From: a virus
Taxonomy: Duplodnaviria > Caudoviricetes
DNA: 62,744 nucleotides
Direction: 5' to 3' (one strand)
Virus record (IMG/VR): IMGVR_UViG_3300030390_001226
Location: 1-62,744 of that record
Shown here: positions 56,324-62,744 of the stretch, in pieces
How positions within the stretch are numbered: the stretch's first letter is position 1
How the letters are laid out: each line of letters opens with the position of its first letter
Program-made: the position numbers and the translations under genes
The notes under the pieces: model-generated
Database searches by the model: none
Told to the model about the DNA's origin: nothing
What the model saw: only the letters and a program-made list of their open reading frames with translations

Positions 56324-56709
56324 TCAGTACCGAATACCATAAACTCAACTACAGAAGTTGCGTTAGTACCGTAAGCTTTAAGTCCCATATCTGCGTTAGT
56401 AGGTAAGAATGCAAAGTCCCCACCAGCTAATTTTAATATCTCAGGGTTACCAGTTGTTGTTGCGTCATACACGTAGATGAAGTTTGTTGCTGTAGCATCA
56501 GTATTCTTGATGTATACATAAGCAATAGCTGCGTAGTCATCTGCTGTATATATAACAGCTGCACTAGCGTGAACTGCTGTTTGACCTACCTTAGTACGAG
56601 CGACACCTGTTGTGTGTGAAGCTGTTATAGCTTTATTAATTGCTAGGCTTAATGTCTGTGACGTTAAATCAGAGCTAGTAATTGTTAGTTTTGTTGTTAC
56701 TGTTGCCAT
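56317..56709 (-). CDS. Virion structural protein (putative)
   Basis: Thr/Ala-rich beta protein, YVYIKNTD. Confidence 0.55.
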   Translation of the reverse strand: MATVTTKLTITSSDLTSQTLSLAINKAITASHTTGVARTKVGQTAVHASAAVIYTADDYAAIAYVYIKNTDATATNFIYVYDATTTGNPEILKLAGGDFAFLPTNADMGLKAYGTNATSVVEFMVFGTDQ

Positions 56710-56752
56710 CTTGTTTTATATTATTTGTGTTTGTAAAGATATGAATTTATTA

Positions 56753-57427
56753 TTATATATCCGCTAAAGTTAATGTAGCTCCGTATATTATTTGATTTGT
56801 TGATGTTGTTGTTATTTTAAGGGCTACATAGTTAGTCTCAGTTGAGTTGTAATTGTTTCTTACATCTATAGTAGCTCCAGAATTCCCACTAGCTAGTGTT
56901 GTTATAGCTCCAGTTGTGTACGTACCACCGAATAAAGATGTTGCAACAGATGCTGAGGAGTAAACCCTGTAGTTAGTTACTTTTTTATTCTTAGGTATAG
57001 ATACATTTGCAAATATCTCTTGAGATGAACTAGCTACTCTAACACCTAACTTATCTCTTATATCATCTTCAATTACGGTACGCTCTAAACTAGCGTCATC
57101 GTTACCCATAAATTGAGTTGGTAGTATTTTTAATGTGTTATCATAAGTACCTGAGTCAGCTCCATCGCTACCATCAGCTCCATCGCTACCGTCAGATCCA
57201 TCTGAACCATTACTCCCATCAGCTCCATTACCAACCTCTGCAGTTAAGTACCTACGAAGTTCTTCTATATCCTCTTGCATTTGTTGCATCTGATATAGCA
57301 TAGCTGCTTCAGGTGGGTATGCTTCTAGATCTGTATGCTTGGCATTGTCAAAACTTGCTTTTAACGCTGCCTTATCAGATCCTGTTCTACTGTGTACTGC
57401 TTCTGATTTCCTCGCTGCTAATGCCAT
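56753..57427 (-). CDS. Short fibre with collagen-like G-X-Y repeat
   Basis: GADGSNGSDGSDGSDGADGSDGAD; tip domain shared with the next gene. Confidence 0.7.
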   Translation of the reverse strand: MALAARKSEAVHSRTGSDKAALKASFDNAKHTDLEAYPPEAAMLYQMQQMQEDIEELRRYLTAEVGNGADGSNGSDGSDGSDGADGSDGADSGTYDNTLKILPTQFMGNDDASLERTVIEDDIRDKLGVRVASSSQEIFANVSIPKNKKVTNYRVYSSASVATSLFGGTYTTGAITTLASGNSGATIDVRNNYNSTETNYVALKITTTSTNQIIYGATLTLADI

Positions 57428-57431
57428 ATTG

Positions 57432-59114
57432 TTATGCTTTCGCTATTGTCATTACTCCTCCGTAAACTTTTTCTCCTGATGCTTGTGCTATTTCTATCAT
57501 AATGTAATTAGTGGCATCTGCTGTAACATCTGTTATATTTATTTGAGTACCTATATTACCTGTACCTTTACTAGTTACTGTAGCACTATTTACATCAGCC
57601 TCGTATACTGTAACCGCTGAGCTAGCACTACCAAATATATCAATAAGGGTTGCTTTAAACCCTGGAGGTATTTCTACAGAAGCAAACATAGGGTTAGCAC
57701 TGTGACTCTCTAACCATCTATCTGAACTTGTATCATCTATTGCAAGTGGTCTACCTCCATCATCTGCTATAAAATCACTTGGTAATATTTTTATAGTTGT
57801 TATACCAGGTAGTACATTCCCAGAAACTGATAAGTCACCAGTAACATCTAGTTCATAAGCAGGGGCATTTGTTCCTATACCAACTAAACCAGTATCTAAC
57901 ACTGTAACTCTAGCTGTATTTTGTGTTGCTATCTGTACTTTACGAGCAGCACCTGTTCCTGTTGCCCCCACAATAAGGGCATTAGTTATAGCTCCTGTAC
58001 AAGTAGAAGCATCAGGGTATTCGTTGTTACCACCTGAGAACCCTATCTGAGCTGTTACCCCTGCACCATCTTGTTCAAATGCCACGTAAGGATTGTCGGC
58101 TTCATTACTATTATCTGTATCTGCTTTTAGTGTTAACGTAGCGTCACCAGACGTACCTGCTGTAACTATAAGGTTACCGTTAATTGTTTTATTACCTGTT
58201 GTTAAGCTAACTGCAGTAGTTGCTGCTATACCCAAAGCGTCTATGTCAGACTTTGTTTGGTCAGCAGTAGCACTGTCTTCAATACTATCTAATTTATCGT
58301 GGTGTGCAACTGTCATTACACCTGCAATAGAACCAGATGCTTCTGCTATTACAACATTAGTTCCATCTGAAGAAACTATTGTGATTCGATCTGAACCAGT
58401 AGTGTATGTTAAGTTAGTAGAAACGTTTGTAACCTTTGCTGTATTAGCGTCTATCTCTGCTAAAAGTGCGTTAGCTAGTTTACCTTCTGTTACAGCATCA
58501 TCTGCTAATTGATCCGTATCGACAACTCCATTAGCTATAGTTGTGGCTCTATTGATAGAGGTTACGTCACCAGTTAAATTACCTATAGAGGTAACTGTAC
58601 CTGAGCTTCCTGAAACAGTTGTTTGCACAACGTTCTCAATATAATTATCGGTGTGTATAGTTCCAGCACCTGAAGCCGCCCAATCAACATGCTCTGCAGC
58701 TACATAATTAGTAGCAGCATCGTGGTCAACAACAAAGTCTACATCTCCTGTAGCGTCTTGATATGTTACAGCGATACCAGTCTTGGTTCCTCCAGTAGCA
58801 ACTAAAGCACCAGCAATATCTTGAACCTCTTCAGTGGATAGTCCAGTATGTGCACTAAGCTCTACCTCTGCAACTTCGTTACTTTTGTAGTATAGTTTAC
58901 CATCAGCTGTTTTAACGTATACAACTCCTCCATCTTGATCTATAGGTGTCTGAGGTACTGAAGGAGATTCTTTTACTCTGAGGGCGTTAGTCTTAACATC
59001 CCCATAAAAATCGAAAAGGCTACGTCCTAGTAGCCCCTTCTTTATAACCTTCATCACCTTAGCACCATAATCGGTGACAACTTCACCTATGCCTTTAATT
59101 TTCGGTGACTTCAT
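57432..59114 (-). CDS. Tail fibre protein
   Basis: EEVQDI, LADDAVT, KLDSIEDSATADQT, VGIGTNAP fibre motifs. Confidence 0.75.
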   Translation of the reverse strand: MKSPKIKGIGEVVTDYGAKVMKVIKKGLLGRSLFDFYGDVKTNALRVKESPSVPQTPIDQDGGVVYVKTADGKLYYKSNEVAEVELSAHTGLSTEEVQDIAGALVATGGTKTGIAVTYQDATGDVDFVVDHDAATNYVAAEHVDWAASGAGTIHTDNYIENVVQTTVSGSSGTVTSIGNLTGDVTSINRATTIANGVVDTDQLADDAVTEGKLANALLAEIDANTAKVTNVSTNLTYTTGSDRITIVSSDGTNVVIAEASGSIAGVMTVAHHDKLDSIEDSATADQTKSDIDALGIAATTAVSLTTGNKTINGNLIVTAGTSGDATLTLKADTDNSNEADNPYVAFEQDGAGVTAQIGFSGGNNEYPDASTCTGAITNALIVGATGTGAARKVQIATQNTARVTVLDTGLVGIGTNAPAYELDVTGDLSVSGNVLPGITTIKILPSDFIADDGGRPLAIDDTSSDRWLESHSANPMFASVEIPPGFKATLIDIFGSASSAVTVYEADVNSATVTSKGTGNIGTQINITDVTADATNYIMIEIAQASGEKVYGGVMTIAKA

Positions 59115-59131
59115 GTGTTATGTATCTTTTA

Positions 59132-60250
59132 TTATTTTACTGGCTTAGTTGGTTTTGCAGGAATTAGCTTCCCGTCAAACTCACCATTTCTATCAGCTTT
59201 TTTCCAAGCAGCCATATCCTTCTCCCACTTTTTCATATTAGCAGTAAAAGAACTTAAGATCTTCTTGTTAACTCTAACGTTTGGGGTTTTTGTGTTATCC
59301 GATTTAGACGAAATATCAGGGGCGGATGCTTTTGGTGGTTTAACTGGTTTAGTCGGGGGTCCTGGTATTAACTGACCTTTACTAATAGCTTCTTTTTTAG
59401 TAACCCTCCAAGCGTCCATTGCTTTTTCCCACTTAGCCATTGCAGCCTCATAAGGGCTACCTACAGAAGCTCCTTTTTTAGCTTTTTTAACATTTAAGCC
59501 TTTATCTGCATCACCTCTCCAAACAGAATTCTTTCTGTCCCAAGTGTAATTGATACCATTCTTAGTGTAAGGCTTTTTGCCTGGCTCCATCTTAGGACCA
59601 TCCTTGTTAGTATCAGATTTAAGTACACCAACAGACTTAGATTTTACTTTACCACCTTCTTGCATGTACCCCATTTTGTTACGTACACCTTTTGGTAGTT
59701 TAGATAAACCTTTAGCTTTTGATGGTACTGATTTAAGTGCAGCACCTGATTTAGCTTTCTTAACAGCTTTTACTTTAGCACCGTACATAGCTTTTGTTTT
59801 TATTGTTTTGTATCCACTACGATTAGTTATATCGTATTCTCCACCTGGTTTTGCAGTAGCTTCAGATTTAATGTTAGACCTAACTCTTTCGTTAGTAGCA
59901 CCTTGAGCTTTTCTAGACTTAATGTCTTTATTTGCTGCGTCAGCTTTTGACTGCATAGAAGCTTGTCTTTCTGCTGATCTGTTAGATCTTTCTGTAGCCA
60001 TGTCTTTTGATGTTGCTACCGAACTTTCTTTTTTTGCTATGTTATCTGAAGCCTTCTTAGCTGTTACATTTCTTTTTCTAATAACGGCTTTCTCTGCTAT
60101 ACGTTTACGAATACCTTCTTTCATTTCTTTTTTAGAAAGACCAAGCCCTTTAGCCTTTTTTACGTCACCACTTTTTTTAAGAGCTTTATATTCTCTTTTT
60201 ACTTTCTTTTTTAATTGCTTATTGCCCTTAGACCTTCCGAATATTCCCAT
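59132..60250 (-). CDS. Lys-rich multi-repeat protein, putative internal/DNA-condensing
   Basis: KKAK(K/S)G and MQEGG motifs; duplicated KWEK.M.AW...LIP..PTKPVK. Confidence 0.65.
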   Translation of the reverse strand: MGIFGRSKGNKQLKKKVKREYKALKKSGDVKKAKGLGLSKKEMKEGIRKRIAEKAVIRKRNVTAKKASDNIAKKESSVATSKDMATERSNRSAERQASMQSKADAANKDIKSRKAQGATNERVRSNIKSEATAKPGGEYDITNRSGYKTIKTKAMYGAKVKAVKKAKSGAALKSVPSKAKGLSKLPKGVRNKMGYMQEGGKVKSKSVGVLKSDTNKDGPKMEPGKKPYTKNGINYTWDRKNSVWRGDADKGLNVKKAKKGASVGSPYEAAMAKWEKAMDAWRVTKKEAISKGQLIPGPPTKPVKPPKASAPDISSKSDNTKTPNVRVNKKILSSFTANMKKWEKDMAAWKKADRNGEFDGKLIPAKPTKPVK

Positions 60251-60259
60251 GACTATTAT

Positions 60260-60583
60260 TTATATTGTTTCCGTCCCTTCAAGGACATTGTAAAATTTAT
60301 TAACCAATCTTTGGCACTTTGCCGTTACTCTATATTTATTGGGTAGATTTGATCCCCATAACCTTCTTTCGAATACAAATATGTAATCCCTCTCAACTAA
60401 CTCAGGAAACTTCCTATCGTTAAAGTTCTTACTAATGTACATATTTTCTCTTATATACCTTTTAGTGAAGGATCCTTTCTCATCATTTATAAAGATAAGG
60501 AATTTTAACTGGTTATCACTAAGGTCGTACTTTCTTTGGAAGAGGTACGTGGTATCGCTAAGATACTTCAGGTAATTCTTCAT
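60260..60583 (-). CDS. Winged-helix (MarR-like) regulator
   Basis: YDLSDNQLKFLIF...ELVERDYI...YRVTAK. Confidence 0.55.
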   Translation of the reverse strand: MKNYLKYLSDTTYLFQRKYDLSDNQLKFLIFINDEKGSFTKRYIRENMYISKNFNDRKFPELVERDYIFVFERRLWGSNLPNKYRVTAKCQRLVNKFYNVLEGTETI

Positions 60584-60603
60584 TTGAATAAATTAAATTA
60601 GGT

Positions 60604-60649
60604 CAAAGATAATAAATTTATGATAATAAAAAAAATATCACTACATTTG
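60604..60649. promoter_or_regulatory. Divergent pair of Bacteroidota -7 elements
   Basis: TATCTTTG (- strand, 60604-11) and TACATTTG (+ strand, 60642-49). Confidence 0.65.
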
Positions 60650-60681
60650 CGTATAAATAAAAACTTTAAAATAAAAATATT

Positions 60682-61089
60682 ATGGCTTTATCAGGAGCAA
60701 AACACGAATTAGCTGGGTTAGGACAATTTGGATCTATCTTTGTAGATACAGCAGGAGTTGTTTCTCCACCAGCTGATTATGTTATTTGTGCTATTACATT
60801 TTTAAGTGACAGTACTTTTCATACTACTAATGGTATGATACCAGAAAATAATAAAGAAGATGAATCAAATTTTATAAAAACAATAACAACTGCTGCTGCT
60901 ACTGACCCTAGTGTAACAGTGACTAACAATAATGGCTCTCATTCTCAAGATGATGGAGTAGAGGGTAGCGGTGGTAATCCTATTACTAGTAGCGACACAT
61001 TTCCTAAAGGTATTACTGTATTTGGTAGGTGGATAGAGTTAAAGCATGCTACAGGTATTTTTATCGCTTACCTAGCACCTAAACACTAA
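60682..61089 (+). CDS. Virion structural protein (putative)
   Basis: LGQFGS...AITFL...FPKGITVFGRW...IAY. Confidence 0.6.
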   Translation: MALSGAKHELAGLGQFGSIFVDTAGVVSPPADYVICAITFLSDSTFHTTNGMIPENNKEDESNFIKTITTAAATDPSVTVTNNNGSHSQDDGVEGSGGNPITSSDTFPKGITVFGRWIELKHATGIFIAYLAPKH

Positions 61090-61092
61090 AAT

Positions 61093-62744
61093 ATGCTAGG
61101 TCTATATAATAATATAGTATCATCGGCATTTGTTCAATCAATTTCTGTGATAACTAGTGGACTTAAAATGTGGCTTAAATTTGAAGCGAGTGAACCATTA
61201 GGTAGGGAAGAAGTGGTTAATGGTGATTTTAGTGATGGGGAGGCAGGTTGGACTTTTGGCGGTGGGTGGAGTGTTAACGCTCAAAATCAAGCCACGACAC
61301 AAGGTGTGTCTAAAACACCAATCTCTCAAGCCGTTTTAGTTAACGGAACGAATAGATTAACATTTAATATTGAATCGGGTGGTGTATCTGTTTACACTAA
61401 CTACCCAGACTTTACTAAAAAAGGAACATTTTTAACAGAGGGATTGCATACCATAGATTTAGAATCTGATGGTGTTGGAAGTAACAATCTTTTATACATC
61501 TATAATAATGTAGCAGGTAATCCTGCTACAATAGACAACATCTCTGTAAAAGAATTAATCCAAATAACGCCTGACTTATCGGGTAATTCAAATGTAGGTG
61601 AGTTGTATACAGGTAAAGCACTTGATTTTGATGGTTCGAATGATTCAATAGATATAGATGGGTTTCAACTTGCAGGATCAGATGCTACTTTTGCGTTTTG
61701 GATAAATCCAACCGAAGCACAAAATACGTACATTTTAGATGTAAACATTAATAGATTTGTTATTGCCTTTAGTGGTTATGAGCTTTCAATTTATTCGGGA
61801 GCGGCGTTTTTTAAGTTTGGTGTAATAGAATATGGCGAATGGAGTAGAGTTGCTATTGTTATAAATGGAACAAGTGCAAGTTGTTACGTTGATGGAGTTC
61901 AGTTAGGTACAACTAAAACAATAACTGCTATCAGTATAGGTTCTGCTGCCACAGCATCGATAGGCTCTATTTTCAATGGTACAAGTACCTATTACGATGG
62001 TAAACTTTCAGACTTTCAAGTATATAATGCAGTTTGGAGTGCAAGTGATATAGCTTATGACTACGAAAACCCAAATCACTTAGTTACAGATAATACTAGC
62101 ACTTCTTTAACTGTTTCAAACTTAAAAGGCTATTGGGCTTTAAGTGAGGGAGCAGGTACAGTAGCTTATGATAGTTCAGGAGAAGGTATAAATGGTACTA
62201 TAAGTGGTGCAACTTATACAGAACACGAAACAAGAATCCCACAGTTAGGAATGGTTGACTACTCAATTAGTACGCCTGTATCTAATGCAATTACTTTAAT
62301 AGCAAACCCAAGCAATCCAAGTCAAGATATTCGAGGGACTTCTGTTAGATTAAGAGAGAAAGCTTTTAATTTAGATGGAAGTGGCTATTCAAGTGCTGAT
62401 AATAGTTCTACTTTGCAATTTGGTACAAATGCTTTTACAATTCAAGCGTGGATAAAACCATTTAGTTTAGCATCAAATAATAGAATCCTTACAAAAGGAG
62501 TTACAGGGAATGGCGAGTTTATGATAAGCGTAGGAGGTGATAATGCATCTCTTAGGGTATATGCAAAAGACTCAAGTGGGAATGCTCTTGACACTTCTAA
62601 TGATTTTAGTTCTTTGACTGCTGATTCTTGGCAAATGATAACTGTTATAATTGATACACCAAACGACCAAATCTTATTTTTTAAAGATGATGGAAGTGTA
62701 GAGTCAAAAACAGGAGCATCTTGGTCAGGTAACTTTAATAATAC
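61093..62744 (+). CDS. LamG/concanavalin-A-like tail fibre or receptor-binding protein, ~600 aa, continues at 114-264
   Basis: Open frame from MLGL; ALDFDGSND, WINP, GYWALSEGAG, FTIQAWIKP LamG motifs; absent from the track because it crosses the junction. Confidence 0.8.
   Translation, partial: MLGLYNNIVSSAFVQSISVITSGLKMWLKFEASEPLGREEVVNGDFSDGEAGWTFGGGWSVNAQNQATTQGVSKTPISQAVLVNGTNRLTFNIESGGVSVYTNYPDFTKKGTFLTEGLHTIDLESDGVGSNNLLYIYNNVAGNPATIDNISVKELIQITPDLSGNSNVGELYTGKALDFDGSNDSIDIDGFQLAGSDATFAFWINPTEAQNTYILDVNINRFVIAFSGYELSIYSGAAFFKFGVIEYGEWSRVAIVINGTSASCYVDGVQLGTTKTITAISIGSAATASIGSIFNGTSTYYDGKLSDFQVYNAVWSASDIAYDYENPNHLVTDNTSTSLTVSNLKGYWALSEGAGTVAYDSSGEGINGTISGATYTEHETRIPQLGMVDYSISTPVSNAITLIANPSNPSQDIRGTSVRLREKAFNLDGSGYSSADNSSTLQFGTNAFTIQAWIKPFSLASNNRILTKGVTGNGEFMISVGGDNASLRVYAKDSSGNALDTSNDFSSLTADSWQMITVIIDTPNDQILFFKDDGSVESKTGASWSGNFNN
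62632..62744. repeat. Terminal direct repeat (circular assembly overlap), right copy
   Basis: Identical to 1-113. Confidence 0.97.

Noticed and set aside
42722-60293. Short + strand ORFs overlapping - strand genes (e.g. 47636, 50398, 58093, 59577, 59922)
   Set aside because: Antisense shadows of well-supported genes
1-62744. tRNAs, alternative genetic code, DGR/reverse transcriptase, integrase, introns or inteins
   Set aside because: No T-loop/cloverleaf, RT or recombinase motifs seen by eye; core genes are uninterrupted in the standard code. tRNAscan-SE and HMM scans would confirm

Overview
The window is an apparently complete, circularly assembled lytic phage genome of about 62,631 bp. 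Bases 1-113 are identical to 62632-62744, and an ORF runs across the junction. It looks podovirus-like and probably infects marine Bacteroidota (Flavobacteriia). Evidence for the host: TTTG-N18-20-TAnnTTTG promoters, A-rich Shine-Dalgarno-less leaders and a T9SS-type C-terminal tail on one protein. The + strand (60682 through the junction to 39945) carries tail-fibre, envelope, lysis and tandem-GroES genes, then terminase, portal, scaffold, major capsid and adaptor genes. These are followed by a 3170-aa tail protein, cargo proteins and a 3525-aa polyvalent protein. The - strand (39942-53754) carries small early genes, ERF/exonuclease recombination, an initiator-like protein, DnaB, nucleases and PhoH. 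I saw no DNA polymerase, RNA polymerase, integrase, tRNA or CRISPR array. Main candidates for undescribed biology: (1) an RNA control layer, made of a ~390-nt structured early leader with a boxA-like element that ends in a type-P1 twister ribozyme, a small RNA antisense to the shared early-gene start motif, and two more structured intergenic RNAs; (2) a polyprotein with a HExxH metallopeptidase and seven repeated x-[KR]-[AF]-Q linkers that bound effector modules, including an apparently circularly permuted protein kinase and an ART-like domain; (3) a stand-alone 52-aa peptide resembling the ribonucleotide reductase C-terminal redox tail; (4) an envelope cassette of a beta-barrel, a Cys-less thioredoxin and a T9SS cargo. 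All calls come from reading motifs by eye, with no database searches.
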